Part shown: in pieces, positions 35,763 to 49,510 of the stretch | Layout: each line of letters starts with the position of its first letter | How positions within the stretch are numbered: the stretch's first letter is position 1 | NCBI RefSeq assembly: GCF_018350175.1 | Contig: NC_058368.1 | Coordinates: 54,624,001-54,688,000 of the forward strand | Direction: 5' to 3' | From: Felis catus | Taxonomy: Eukaryota | DNA: 64,000 nucleotides | Translations under genes and position numbers: made by a program | Notes under the pieces: generated by a model | Seen by the model: the letters and a program-made list of their open reading frames with translations, nothing else | What the model was told of the DNA's origin: nothing | Database searches by the model: none

Positions 35763-36991
35763 CTCATGCTTGACAAGTTTTCTTTACATACACTTCTTCA
35801 TATATACTCCACCTATATTCTGTCTTTCTTTTCCTCAGTCTGTATGTTTGCTGCTTGTCTGTCCTAATCCTATTGTGTTTTCAAGATAATATCTATCTGT
35901 AACCATTTATCTATTGTTTATTAAAAAATTTGACTTAGTAATAATATTCAATAAACTCCTTAAGACAAGAAAAAAAATCTCACTTAGTAAACATATCCTG
36001 CCTGACCCACAGATATGGAAGTGTCTCCTCCTTGGGAAGGTATATTTTCCTATGAATTTCTTTAATTTTCACTTTAAGGGCTGTTTGTGTATTGGACTTC
36101 TCTACATTTATTGTGCTCATGAATAGAGTATATATAAATATCAAAACAATTAAGTACATGCTTACTATACAGTCTCTGGTACATACCAAATACGTAACAG
36201 TGATTAGCATTCAGATGTTGAAATAAATATTAAACTAACTTCAAAAGTCTAACTAGTTTATTATATATGTTGGACCATGTAAATGTTCATGGAGAAATGA
36301 ATTTAGACATTCTCACTGCTGACCCTTTATACCTGCTGTCTTTATTTATTTCTCTCTGGACAACTGGATAAAACCATCAGCAAGTATTTGGATCATTTTC
36401 TATAAATCAAGAGTCCCATTTTAGTTTAGTATAGAATTTCCAAACCTCAGTGAAGATTAAAATTCCTCCTCTTCACTAATTTAAGCCTTCCCCATTCAGT
36501 GAATTCTGAAGTATGGAAGGGAGGCATAATAATTCTATTTCTACCTCTTCTTTTTTTTTTTCTTCTTATTTGCTGAAGTTTTGAGTAGTTTGATGGGCAG
36601 AATCAAGGGAGAAGGAAAAGATGTAAAGTACAGGGAAGATCCTGCTAGACAGATACTTATCAATTGGCCTTGCATTGTTGTGGATACCAAAGGTGTCTTT
36701 TCTTTTTATGATATTTTAATGGATTTATCAGATATATTTTCAGGTATTCAGTCTTTCCTCTGAGTCAGCTTATCCCTCCATGATGGCCTTGCCCATACCT
36801 GTCCAAATGGAAACACACCTTTGCTTTGCTTTTGGTGTAAATATAACTGCAGCTAAAATATTCCTCTTACTCTATTCAACCACCTCAACCACATTTAGCT
36901 TCAGATTCTTAATCCCATTTTTCACCAACAAATATTAGTCACCAGTTCTGGAATCAAGAGCATAGGTCCACTTAAGATTCGAAGTGGCTCT

Positions 36992-37209
36992 GGGGAGCCT
37001 GGGTGGCGCAGTCGGTTAAGCGTTCAACTTCAGCCAGGTCACGATCTCGCGGTCCGTGAGTTCGAGCCCCGCGTCGGGCTCTGGGCTGATGGCTCGGAGC
37101 CTGGAGCCTGTTTCTGATTCTGTGTCTCCCTCTCTCTCTGCCCCTCCCCCGTTCATGCTCTGTCTCTCTCTGTCCCCAAAATAAATAAACGTTGAAAAAA
37201 AAAATTTAA
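36992..37209 (+). mobile_element. Young CAN-SINE
   Basis: CpG-rich body; perfect 17-bp TSD aagattcgaagtggctc (36974-36990, 37210-37226). Confidence 0.97.
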
Positions 37210-38759
37210 AAGATTCGAAGTGGCTCCTCTGGTGGAGCTTCAAAGGCATGGAGGTGATTGTGCAACACCAATAGTTCCAGCAGTAGTGTCCTGGGACCAT
37301 CTTTCTGGTGTTAGAAACTTGTCTCTACATCACTTCCTTGGTTCTATACCAAGACTAGTTTTGAGAGCTACTGAATATCTTTTCATTAAAATACTTTTTA
37401 CTTTAAGCTAACAGTTACTGGTTTTGCTTTCCATTTTTTCCCACCAAGAAATACAATAAAAATTATTAATGAGTTGATATAGCAGGGATGTTATACAAAT
37501 TTCCAATTGCTTTTAATTATTTCTTTTACTTATCTAAATGTTGCAAGGTTATTCTATGACATACTTGCTGAGCATCACCCTGAATTAATTATTTCTTATC
37601 ATAAGGATGAGGAAACATAATAAACTAATAAGGTACAATTCAGTTACTCCAATTCAGTGTCTATTTCTTTCTTTCAATTGCTACTATTTATACGAAGAGT
37701 ATTGGTCTATATCCTGATTTTTAAACATAGCAAGAAGTTCAAATAAGCAATGTAATGTTGAATATAAAAACTCAGAAATTGAAACCGTGTAGAAATTAAG
37801 ACAGTAAGACAGTATTGTTTAATAAATATAAGCACAAAACACACATAGAATTTAATACATCTTACTCTGTAACTGCATACCATATGGAAAATGGTCACAT
37901 GCCATTTTACAAAATTGAAATAACTGCATTGCTGGTAAGACGTAAAGAGGGAAATACTCAGTTTTACAACTGACCTTTATGGCACTTTCATAGCTTAGAA
38001 ACAAATGACCTAATTTTACTAAATTCCAGCTCCCATGACAGTCATCCTTGCCTAGACAAGTTTGAAAGTGCTGTAACTTATATAATGTCAAGCCATTTGT
38101 AGTCTAATCTCATCACAGATAACTTAACAAGTTACAATGGACAAAATTATAAGAAAAAAGGATTTTAAATCTCAACAGAAAAAGTTCTAAATGCCAAAAA
38201 TGTGTTTTTAACACGAAAAGAACTTCTGAAATTCTTCTTTGTATTAAATATACTATACACATTAGAATGTCCCCAAATTTCTCTTTCCTTTACAATCTCC
38301 TTTAAATTTTCCATCTATATCAGCCTGGGCTGAATTTAAAATTTTCAATCTATTCACCCAACAGTTCTGAATCTCTTCATTTGTTTTCTTGCCAGTAAAT
38401 ACACCCTACTTAAATAAATCCATCAAGTGAGCCTCAGAGACTCTCAATTCATCTCCTCAAACATTATCTTGATTTTGCCTATCAAATGCTCACAAATAGA
38501 GAAGGTGAAAACTAATTCTCCTTAATCAGCACAGGAATGAAGAAGCCATGAAAATCATGCAGTAATATTTGTCTTGCCATATTAAGGACAACAAATATTA
38601 ATATGAGATAAGGAGGTGTATTGTGGTTTGCCTATAATATAGGATTCAAATAATGTAGAGTAACATACGTATATGTTTGTGTGTGGCTGTGTGTGTGTGT
38701 GGGGGGGGAGGGAGACACGAAGTTCATTCATTGCTTCTGTAATGCCTAAGAGACATTAC

Positions 38760-39046
38760 AGTGGAGTGTACAGTAGAGTATTGTTAACTATGCACATCGC
38801 GCTGTACCGCAGGTCTCTAAAACTTACTCATCTTGCATCACTGAAACAAGATTTCCATTTCCCCTCCCTCCAGCTCCTCCCTGGTAACTGCTATGCTACT
38901 CTGCCTCCATGACTTTGACTATGTTAGGTACCTCATATAAGTGGGATCATGCAACATTTGTCCTAAAATTGGCTTATTTCACTTAGCATAATGTCCTGCC
39001 AGTTCATTCATGTCACATATGGCAGGATTTCTTTCTTTTTTAAGGC
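38760..39046 (-). mobile_element. L1MB/L1MA-type 3' end fragment
   Basis: gtattgttaactat...tctctaaaacttactcatcttgcat...acctcatataagtgggatcatgca...ggcttatttcacttagcataatgtcc. Confidence 0.85.
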
Positions 39047-39099
39047 TTTTGTTATTAAGTAACAAGAATATTGAAAAGAACACAAATTTTTTTAATGAA

Positions 39100-40858
39100 T
39101 AATAATTAAAACTTCTTGACATGAATATATATGGCCATAAGAATTAAGTCCTCACTAGGAAGATTAAACAGAAGTTTATTTTAAAAAGTGGAGAATTTGT
39201 CAACTTGAAGAGGTTTTCACAGAGCTGAAGAAAAGATAGAACTGGAAGAATGGAGAGGAAGACACAGGGATGAACTTAATGAAAGAAATTAATAAACAGG
39301 ACAGACTTAAAGGGCTTAGATATGTGTCTGATAGGATACCTCAAAGAGGGTGATTGTGTGAAGTAATATTTGTGATGGTAATGACTGTGAAGTTCAGGAA
39401 CTAAAGAAGGTCCTGGGGAACCCAGATTTTAAAAACAACCAACCAAGCTCAAGGAACATATAGAATATATACATTGATTCACGTAGGGGCAGAATATTAT
39501 AGGCAGAGTGGGATATTAAGTGTAAATAAAACGAAAAGATAGGAAAGTCCATTAGTATAAATGCAGACTTACCATGTGTAAATCAGATATTCTCTAAGAA
39601 AATGAAATTAAATCTTTGGGTGAAAATACTACTGAGAATATTAACTTATGGGGAATGACTATAATATTTGAACTATGTTTACAAAGTCTTATTTGTTTGC
39701 CATCAGTATTGAGTGTTTATGGTCAAATGATGCGAATGCTAGCAGCTTCTTTCAAAAATACTGCAGCAAAAAAAGCTTGTGTGAAAAACAAATGAAAAAA
39801 GAATCACCAAAGTTTGATGACAGTTACATGGAGTTTTATTTCACTATTCTTTGGCTTTGGTATATGTTGAAATTTTCTATGAAGTTTATCAAACTTAATA
39901 TTCCATAAACATTAATTATAAATTAATAACATTTATTTGTAGATCTTTAATAATAAGATAGCATTAAAATAACAACATGGTGCAATCGGGGATGGGAGAA
40001 ATAGAATCCATGCTTTTGAGAGATAATATCATTAGACTATGTTGTATCATGGAAATCTATTAAAACCATAAAGGTTTAGCTATATCAATAATAGAAAGAT
40101 AAAGTATAAAATTGAAAACAGTAGGAGAAAGGAAGGCAATGAAGAAAACTTGATACATTACACAGAAGGAGAAAAGAGAAAAGGAAAATAAGAGAAAAGC
40201 ACATTATGTAGAAAACACAAATAAGATGAGAGAAACAAGTTTGATTATATCTGCCAATTAAATGACTGAAATATTAAAATAACCTCTTTGATACCGATTA
40301 TAATGTAGAATTCTTAAGATTCTGTTACATAATTTTAAAAAGATATATGGAAAACATGAATGTATACAGAAAACTTGTGCCTAAGGATATAGAATGTATA
40401 TCAGAAAAGTGCTGACAAAAATGTTGGTGATGTAATATTCATAAAAAATAGATTATAAGACAAAGGCCAGTAAATTTTTTTTTCTTAATGATGAAAAGTA
40501 TCTAGCAAGAAATTATAATCTTGAGTTTTTGCACCCAAAGACATATATACTGACGAAATGCTCCAAAAAAAAGTGTACAAGTTTTTAAACATTCATTCAT
40601 TCAGAATCTTATAGGTGAAAAATGAAACAAAGTATTTACAATATAAAGATTTAATACAATCTACACACTACTTAATAAACATTCATAGGGGCCCCTGGGT
40701 GGCTCAGTTGGTCAAGCATCTGACTCTTGATCTCAGCTCAGGCCATGATCTCAAGGTTTGTGAGACTGAAGCCCACGTTGGTATCTGTGCTAATAGCGTG
40801 GAGCCTGCTTGGGATATTCTTTCTCCCTCTCTCTCTGCCCTTTCCCCACTTGCTTGCT

Positions 40859-40896
<38 letters not shown>

Positions 40897-41155
40897 AAAT
40901 AAACATTTAAAAAATAATAATGGAAACATAGAATGCTGCACAAGTAGAGAACATGTCTTTTTACAGTACATATGAAATATATATATTCAGAGAGAGAGAC
41001 AGAGAGAAATACCATATATTGTGTGCCTATGTGTGTATATAGACCATAAACCATGTATTAAACCATGAAGGGAATATCAATAAATGCAGAATTATCAATA
41101 ACTTAATGTCCATCCTCTCCGAACAAAATGCAATACAATCTACAACAAATACATG
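39100..41155 (+). mobile_element. Very old L1 (L1ME-like) ORF1 to ORF2 endonuclease relic, interrupted by a SINE
   Basis: A-rich plus strand; ORF1-like gatatgtgtctgataggatacctcaaagag...aatatttg and EN-like agaccataaaccatgtattaaaccat...ctctccgaacaaaatgcaat; boundaries approximate. Confidence 0.55.
40688..40915 (+). mobile_element. CAN-SINE
   Basis: ggggcccctgggtggctcagttgg head, (CT)n, aataaataaacattt tail. Confidence 0.94.
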
Positions 41156-43112
41156 TCTAAGTCCCCTAAGACGACACAGTAAAGAGCAGAGACAAACAAA
41201 AACTCCCAATACCTCTCCCTCCACTCTTTGCCACTAAATTACTTGGATGATTTTGGAGTCATTTAACTTCCTTGTGGTTTATTCTTCTCTGCAAAATCAA
41301 ACTGCTGCAAGATAAATGAATCATTAAGCCTCGAAAACATGTGGGACTTTGTGTCTTAATTTTAGGAGAAAATTCCTATCAGACTGGTAGACATTTATAA
41401 AACAAAGATTATTCAAGAAGTAGTGACCAAATAATGCAAGCTTTAATGGATCACCGCTTTCACAGAAAGTCTTACTTTTATTGTAGTCAAATAAAGCACA
41501 CAGGAAATAATGCATCTTGAAAATCACTGTGTTCTCCATTCTTACAATTGCTTTAATAATTTATAAAGATAGCATGTAAGGTGACAGGAAATTGATACTC
41601 AGACAAATATGTCTCCCCAAACTACTGTCAAATGAACTGCCCTCTGGATGTGTCCTGAATGGCATGGCAGCCGAAGCAGTCCCTAAAGAAATCAGTGAGC
41701 TTTAGCAATTTGACAAAATGACTCTGCGGAGCACACAACCTTTACAAATTACTCTTTGTTTGAATACTAAAGTGAATAATATCATTTTCAGAGAGCATAT
41801 GGGGATAATGCTGTATATCTTCTACTCCCTCTGGATCAAAGTGTATCTATTTTGTCCATTATTGTGGAGTAAATTCTAATTTACTCAGTTCTTAGAGAAA
41901 TGCTCCAATAAAAGAAAAAAGTGCTGCTCAGCAACTTTTGGTTCACAAAAATGTTGCTCTTGCTGCAACTTTTTAAAAGCCAGTTATTATTAAACTCACA
42001 ACAAAACTCATCCAAGAAACAAATACAGGAAAATTCCCAACTGGACTTTTAATTACTCACAAACAGTGAACATTTCTGGTCATCAAGGAATGTTTAACAA
42101 CAGAAACATCTATACTCGGAAATTTTTCTTTTTTTCTTTTCTTTCTTTTATAGTCACTGCTGTTATTATTCTTCCTCTCTATTCTAATTTTCTTCTGCTC
42201 CTTCTTTTCCCTAACTACATCTATGTTACACAATGACACATGGTACAAATGTACAAATCTAAGCTACTGGTTTTCATGGTTGAAGGTGAGGAAAAGAGGG
42301 TTAAATAAAAGTAGGATACGTTTGCTTATAGTCACATAGTGATGATTTGGGGGGGAGAGTTTATCAATATTTTTGTGTCTTGATTTCTTCATTGTAAAAT
42401 TTCTATTATGACACTTATTTTGTCATCTCATAGAATAGCTACGATTACTGAGCAAGTTGCTAAATGTGAAATCATCTAGAAAATACCAAAATGCTACTCA
42501 AATACAGTGTCAGATTTTTTTTAATAGTATCAAAAATGTTAGGGTGGGAGAAAAGGAACACAGACACTCTGTTGTTCTAGACATTTCTGTTCTCAATATG
42601 CAGTGAAGGATCACATATAGTCCATGAAATTGAATTCAAAGACCTAATAAACTTTTTGTGGCATATCTAGATGCAGAGTCATTAAGAAATATTAATTTGT
42701 TAAATAGCTCTTCATCTGATAAGTAATGTCATAGTAATCAGTTCTTAGATCAGGAAGGTCTTTTAAAAGGAGTATTTATTTTAATAATTGCTAATTATAA
42801 GGATTCAATAATTATTGCATGGAAAAACCATACTTCGGTGTGAACAATCAAATTATGTTCAACTTCATGATGGAAGAGCCTAATAGACTAAAACTAATTA
42901 TCTCTAATCAAATGACTAGAAGTTTCCTAATAATCAGCATGGGAACTCAGAATCTAAATATATCTGGATGACAAATAGCGATAATGATTAAACTTTTAGC
43001 TTTGTAAACTTTAGCTTAGATTGTTCTAAGAAGAGTAATTTTTGGTATTTTGTTATAGAATTGTTGTGCTTTTCTTACAAGTAAATTTAGACAGAAATTA
43101 AAGAGGTAATAA

Positions 43113-43308
43113 AGGGGCTCCTGGGTGGCTCAGTCAGTTAAGCATCAGACTCTTGATTTCAGCTCAGGTAATGATCTCATGGTTCATGGGATAGAGCCCC
43201 ACATTGGGTTCTGTGCTGACAGCGCAGAGCTTGCTTGGGATACTTTCTCTCTCCCTCTCCCCCTCCCGATCCTCTCATGTCAAAATAAGTAAATAAACTT
43301 AAAAAAAT
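43113..43308 (+). mobile_element. CAN-SINE
   Basis: Head and tail present; TSD aagaggtaata/aagagctaata. Confidence 0.94.
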
Positions 43309-43984
43309 AAAGAGCTAATACAGACAGGAGAAGTTATGTATGATCTGTTTATAGTGAGTTCCTACAACCCAAATGTTAAGAATAAGAAAGAAGCAAATAT
43401 TTGGATTTTAGATTGATGCCATCATAGACTTTCTGCCAGTTTTAGTCTGAACTTCTGTAAACCTATACTTGAACTACTCCTTGGATCAGAGCTCTCCTTC
43501 TGGTTAGCAATGACTTCTCAGAATGCAACACCTGTGTTTTTAGCAGTCTGCTCGAGCTCCTGACCTTTCTCTGTCTTCTGTGGACATTTTCTGGGGAAGA
43601 AAATTTCTACTGATATTCAGGACATTTTAGTGACATAATTACAACATCACTCTGATAATTCTGATGCAACATACCTGCTTTATTTTTTATGACAAAACCA
43701 AATTCTTCTGCCTCTAGTCAAGTAACTCTTCTTCCTCCTACCTCCCCACCCAGGAAAAACAAAAACAAAAAGCAAACAAACAAAAAAACACAGACTTGTC
43801 CGGACATCTGCATCCTAAAGGCCCTTCTATTATATGATATTCATAACTCATCTCCCTATTCATTATAGCACAACACGAATGATTTCTCTGCCTGCCGCAG
43901 AATGTACACATATAACCTGACACACGCTGTGACCCTACTTTGGTCTGTGTCTCCTCTGACCACAACCAATTAGGCATACTCCAT

Positions 43985-44178
43985 CTATAGTATGCTGGTA
44001 AATGTTTAACAACCAGCTCTCAAAAAAATGACCCTTATGTGTAACATTCATACATTTCTATGGTTTAAACATTCCCACCACAGATTATTTCAAGTTACCA
44101 ACATAATGTAGAACATTTATGAAAATTTAATATTGCACTCTTGAGAATCATTACAAGCTGGCTTTCTCATTTTACTAA
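43985..44178. mobile_element. MER63-like hAT DNA transposon
   Basis: atgctggtaaatgtttaacaaccagctctc ... tttctatggtttaaacattcccaccac...tttcaagttaccaac; similar to 19669-19844. Confidence 0.75.
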
Positions 44179-44189
44179 AAAGTAGGATA

Positions 44190-44436
44190 TTTAGGAGATA
44201 AAAATACTGGTTTTAGGATAGTTCAAACCTTGCTCGGAATCCTGCCTCCAGCATTGTGAAAATTTGGGAAATATTTTAACCACTTTATACCTTAGATCCC
44301 TCATTTGTAATATGGGGATAGTAACAAAAATCTATCAGGTTGCTCTGAGGAAAAATTCAATAATCCAGGTAAAATGTTTTTCCACAGTGCTTGGCACATC
44401 AAAAAATATACAAATATTAACTGCTCCCATTAGTAT
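44190..44436 (+). mobile_element. MIR SINE
   Basis: gaatcctgcctc...tttaaccactttataccttagatccctcatttgtaatatggggatagtaa...cagtgcttggcacat. Confidence 0.75.
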
Positions 44437-44798
44437 TAGAGTATGTGACATAGATAATATACTTAGAAATATGCCTTTATTACTATATATAATTATTACA
44501 ATCATTATGCCATTCTACTGTGATTCCATCTAACCTGTGTATCTAGGATACATCAGAAGCTTCATTACTCTTTTCTTCTTTTACCCAACATTTAACATAT
44601 TACTATTATCTTAACAGTATAGATTTTTTAAAAAAAATATTAAACTTTTATTATAAAACAGTGAAATGTGACTGAATTCAAATCTTATCTCATTACATTC
44701 CTTTAACTTTCTTGAATACTATCCTGATTCATAAACTAAATGGTTCTTCTGAAACTTCTCAGGTATAAAAGACAACATAATATATTATGGCCCTGGGT

Positions 44799-44803
44799 TA
44801 ATT

Positions 44804-44871
<68 letters not shown>

Positions 44872-44947
44872 TCATTTTGAGGGAGAGAAAGAGAAAGGGA
44901 GAGAATATGCAAGCAGCTGTAGGGCAGAGAGATGGGGGGGGGGAGGG

Positions 44948-44989
<42 letters not shown>

Positions 44990-45114
44990 CCCAAGCAGTC
45001 TCCTCACTGTCAGTGCAGAGTCTGATGTGAGGCTCAAACCCACAAACTGTGAGATCATGACCTGAGCCAAAAACCAAGAATCAGAGGCTTAACTGACTGA
45101 CCACCCAGGTGCCC
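44799..45114 (-). mobile_element. CAN-SINE with (TTTC)n tail microsatellite
   Basis: (tttc)n 44803-44872, (GA)n, body ending ccacccaggtgccc. Confidence 0.94.
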
Positions 45115-45339
45115 TGGCTCCAGATGCCAAGTGATGCTGAGGATCACTCTGACTCTTTAGCATGACATTCACAGATGTGCACAATGTGACCACACAAATG
45201 ACATTCATGTCAGGGCATTTTTAATGCTATTTATACACAATTACTCTTTACTCCTCTCTTGAACAAGCAGCCTTGCACATACCAATTCAGTCACAGGACT
45301 CAGATGAGATACCTGATGTGAATGACTCAGTTCAGTTCA

Positions 45340-45726
45340 TCTGAATTTCCTACACTGTTTCCTTCACGTGGATGATCTTCTCCAACTATATTCTCTCCAC
45401 AACACTGCCTAAGGCATCAAGTCACACATTCCCAAACTTGACTGTCACCTCCCGTTCATTCTTCAAATGTCCTCAGTTCAGAATCAGTTAAAGTTTCTTT
45501 GATGTTTTCTCACTGGAGTTTGACTTAAACCCTTCACTTGCCTGGACAGCATACCTATCTCACACGATGGTATTTTCTTAATAAAACTTTTGCTTTCCCC
45601 ACAAACCTACTAGGCCCTTGCAAGAGAAAACATGTTCCTATTATTCTCTGTTATACTTTTGGCATATAGTTTGGTGACAATATAGATTATAAGTATCAAC
45701 TTGTTCAATAATTAAATGAATAAATA
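45340..45726 (+). mobile_element. L2 LINE 3' end relic
   Basis: cactgtttccttcacgtggatg...cattcttcaaat...ttccccac..actaggcccttgcaagag...ttgttcaataattaaatgaataaa. Confidence 0.55.
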
Positions 45727-46565
45727 CCCTCTTGCATGTGCTAATAATTTCAGTTATTGTTCGAGTTTTGATGCAAACTTACACATATCTCCATATGATA
45801 ATACTGAGAGAAGAAAGAAAATCATCACATTGTCATCTTCTATCATGCGAGAGAGACTAGGGCAAGCTGGGACTGCAGCACTTGCTGCGCATAACTCATT
45901 AATTTGGAATAGTATGTCACTTCTTTCATTATAAGATTGCCAAGTCACAAGATATGTGGGATGAAATATCAGCAAACAAAAGTCCTTCACTGGGGGGTTA
46001 TAACATTGGGGAGAAGATAGTCACAGAGTGAGCAAGAGTTTTATGAGTCTGTCAATTGACTGATTGGCAGGTCTCTGTAAAATGAGCCTTGTGGGATTTG
46101 ATACTTGAATTTTAATTAAACCAAAATTATTCATTGTTCAGTTCTGAATCCCTAAAGAGAAATTGAAAATCTTGCAGAGGGACTCCCAACAGTAATTACA
46201 TGTTCTGCTGAAATTTAATTGACTTGCATTACCCGGATAGACCTGACGAATGGAGAGCTAGTCATGGCATAGATTTTTTGGAGGAAGTAGATCAAAGGCA
46301 AAAATCTACTAGAAAATAAAACCGGCAAAGATTCTGCATTGGATGCTTTAATACTAGAGAAGAAAAAGAAGTTAATTTTTTTTTTAACGTGAGCAACCTA
46401 AATACATTTATAGTAACTGGAAGATCTTGTTCGGCATTCCTTTTTCTTCTACTAAGCAATGTGAATTTTAAGCCAAAAATACCTTGAAAAGCATTGATCT
46501 GGACCAATATTTTATGTAGAGTACTATATTCATCTTCAAAATAAAATCTGAAATATCTCTTTTCA

Positions 46566-46770
46566 GGGTGCCTGGGTGGCTCAGTTGGTTAAGCGTCCGA
46601 CTTCAGCTCAGGTCATGATCTCGCAGTTCCTGGGTTTGAGCCCCGCATCAGACTTTGTGCTGACAGCTCAGAGCCTAGAGCCTACTTCGGATTCTGTGTC
46701 TCCCTCTCTTTCTGCCTGCCCCCCTCTCTCTCAAAAATAAATAAACATTTTTAGAAAATTTTAAAAAATA
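46566..46770 (+). mobile_element. CAN-SINE
   Basis: Head gggtgcctgggtggctcagttggttaagcgtccg; TSD aaatatctcttttc. Confidence 0.95.
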
Positions 46771-47417
46771 AAATATCTCTTTTCTTACAGAGTAATAATG
46801 ACTTTCAATTGAGTTTCTCTACCAATTTTTCATGTATTTATGGATTTATTAACCCTAATGTTATTCTCTAGGTGGAAAGATGACACTGTTGATTAATTTT
46901 CTGTTGAAATGTTGCTTTAAGTGTTTTCTTCTCCTGGTGGTAATTAACTGAACATATTTAATTCTTTCTCTTGCTTAAGCTTCTCCCAGACCTCTTACTA
47001 TTCAGGCCATGCATACAGCGAAGTTTATTAGTCCCACAGGCACAGAATCTACTCAAGAGTAAAGAATGTAAGATCATAGAGGTATAGACTATCTTATTTA
47101 CAAACTCCACTACCCAGTCCCTCAATAAAGCATCATACCTTCTTTTGTAAATTCTCATAGTCCTTGGCCTCCTATTCCTCTCCACGTGTGGAGAGAGGCC
47201 CTTGTGTGAGATATAGGAAGTGGAAAATCAGGCAAAGTCGTATTCTTTGGAGGCAGGTGCAGGCAGGTGGGTGCACATCTCAACAGCGGGACATTTTCAA
47301 CAGCTCTCAGGTGAGCTTTTGAGAACCGCTGTGTTGCTAGGACAGAGGGCTGCGCTAATCATTGCTGGCTTCCATGACCTTTGCCCTCACAGTCTTTTCT
47401 TCTAAAGAATGCACGTA

Positions 47418-47645
47418 GGGGTGCCTGGGTGGCTCAGTCGGTTGAGCGTCCAACTTCAGCTCAGCTCATGATCTCACAGCTCGTGAGTTCGAGCCCCGCG
47501 TCAGGCTCTGTGCTGCCAGCTCGGAGCCTGGAGCCCACTTTGGATTCTGTGCTTCCTTCTCTCTCTCTGCCCCAACCCACTCGCATTCTGTCTCTGTCTC
47601 TCTCAAAAATAAACAAACATCAAAAAAAAAATAAAAATTAAAAAA
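47418..47645 (+). mobile_element. CAN-SINE
   Basis: Full body; TSD aaagaatgca. Confidence 0.95.
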
Positions 47646-48204
47646 AAGAATGCATGCACTTCTAATTCCCTGCATTAAAATATCTTCCTGCATAAAGGTG
47701 CATAGAATGGCTCGAGTTTTTTCTTATTAAACCCTAAAAAAATATAAATTTCAAAAATTTCTTTAATAAGGCAACTAAAGCCCAAAGAGATAATAGCCAT
47801 GTGGTGAGTTGAAAAAATTATCTAAGAATGATCCTAAAGTAATGGTACTTGTCCTGATTTTATTGCTTCCAGTGAATTCCTTCAAAGGACAGGCAATTCC
47901 AGTACATGTGATTAGAGTCAGGTCTATAAAATAATGGGGAGTTATTCATTTCTTTATAAAGAAAGAATAATGGGGAGTTATTCATTTCTTCATAAATACT
48001 GTAAAATCTGATTTACAAAAAGAAATAAAAATAACACAAAGATTTTGTGAAACATGCAGAGTCTGGCTCCCGGTTAAAAACTTGCCCAATCATAGGCCCA
48101 ATCACAGGCAATTACAAAGGCTCTACCAGGCATGCCTCAGAGAGGAAAGCTGTCCCCCCACCCCCAACACTGAGTCAAGGACTCAGGCCATTTGGTTGAC
48201 AATG

Positions 48205-48255
<51 letters not shown>

Positions 48256-48399
48256 TATATGTGCATCATATATATATATGATATATATCATATATATCAT
48301 ATATATGTGCATTTCTAGCCCAAGCACCTCCATCTGGAGGTCTCTATATGTGGGAGAAGGGGCACCTCTGGAGAGACATCCTTAATCTGGAGTGACACT

Positions 48400-48770
48400 T
48401 GAAGATATTTTTCTCTGACTCAGTGCTCAGAACTTTTCCATTCTTAACCCTTCCCCATATCTCTTGACCAGGCTTTTTGGTCCATTAAACCGAAGGAGTC
48501 TTTTGTTAGGGGCACCCTCAACAATGAGATTACCCATGGTTGTGCTGAGTCAGCCCATATCTAGTCCAGTGCCAATGTATAGGGTAGGTAGCTGCTACGT
48601 GCTAAGAGCTAAATTAACCACCATTTACAAACCAAGCTTTCTTCTGGAATTTCTAACTCTTCAGTAAACTCCACAGTTCTAAAGTAGTTACATCAGACAG
48701 ATTCTGTCAGTACAATTGTTGTCTAGGTGGGGAAAAGATTTCCTGGCACTTCCTGCTCTGACATTTTCCT
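48400..48770 (-). mobile_element. Old L1M 5' end (L1MC/L1M4-like)
   Basis: tcagacagattctgtcagtacaattgttgtctaggtggggaaaagatttcctggcacttcctgctctgacatttt matches a recalled antisense L1M 5' terminus; left boundary uncertain. Confidence 0.6.
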
Positions 48771-49187
48771 TCTCCTTCTAATTACTGAAGCGTCTATTCA
48801 AGTAATTTTTTTCCCATTTTTTTCAAGTGAGGCTATTGGTGTTTTTTTTTTTTTTTTTTTTTTCTTATCCTTCTAGATTACTTTCCTTTACTAGATGGGT
48901 GAATGATGAATCATATTTCCCATTGACTTGTCCTTTCATTTTTATAATGAAAACTATAATGTTTTCTGAAAAGAAGTTTTTAATGCTGATAAAATCCAAT
49001 CTATCATATTTTATTTTATGGTTGGTTATTTGGTGTCCTAAGAAGTCTTTGCCTAATAAAAGGTCAAAAAGAATTCCTTCTATATTTTATCCTAGACATT
49101 AAATTTTCTGAACTATACTGTTCCTGTTATGGATAATGCTATCCAGTTGATTTTGATTAGCATTTCTACAGTATATCTTTTTCCACA

Positions 49188-49510
49188 TGCTATGGTCTGA
49201 ATGTGCCTCCTGCCCCCAGAATTTATATGTTGAAATCTAACCCTCAAGGTGATAGTATTTGGGGACAGAGTCTTTGGGAGGATATTAAGTCACAGGGGCT
49301 CTGCTCTCATGGGATTAGCGCCCTTACACAAGAGGCCCAGGATTGCTCCCTGGCCCCCTTCCATCATGTTAGGACACAAGAAGGGTAGGAAATGCCAGCA
49401 GTTTGATCTTGCACTTCCCAGCTGCCAGAACTGTCAAAAATAAATTTCTGTTGTATATAAGCTACATAGCCCAAGGTGTTTTGTTATAGCAGCCAGAAGG
49501 GACTAAGACC
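49188..49510 (+). mobile_element. Solo LTR, MLT1A-type (ERVL-MaLR)
   Basis: tgctatggtctgaatgtg...tatgttgaaatctaaccc...ccagaactgtcaaaaataaatttctgttg...ttttgttatagcagccagaagggactaaga; flanked by ccaca. Confidence 0.92.

Noticed and set aside
42057..42248. Lys/Glu-rich minus-strand ORF ending at a gtgagtaa donor-like site (42053-42060)
   Set aside because: The composition is explained by a low-complexity polypyrimidine tract; there is no convincing acceptor and no recognisable homology.
46960..47400. 75-aa and 61-aa ORFs in a GC-richer block
   Set aside because: No protein similarity; probably an old LTR, but I could not assign a family or boundaries well enough to list it.
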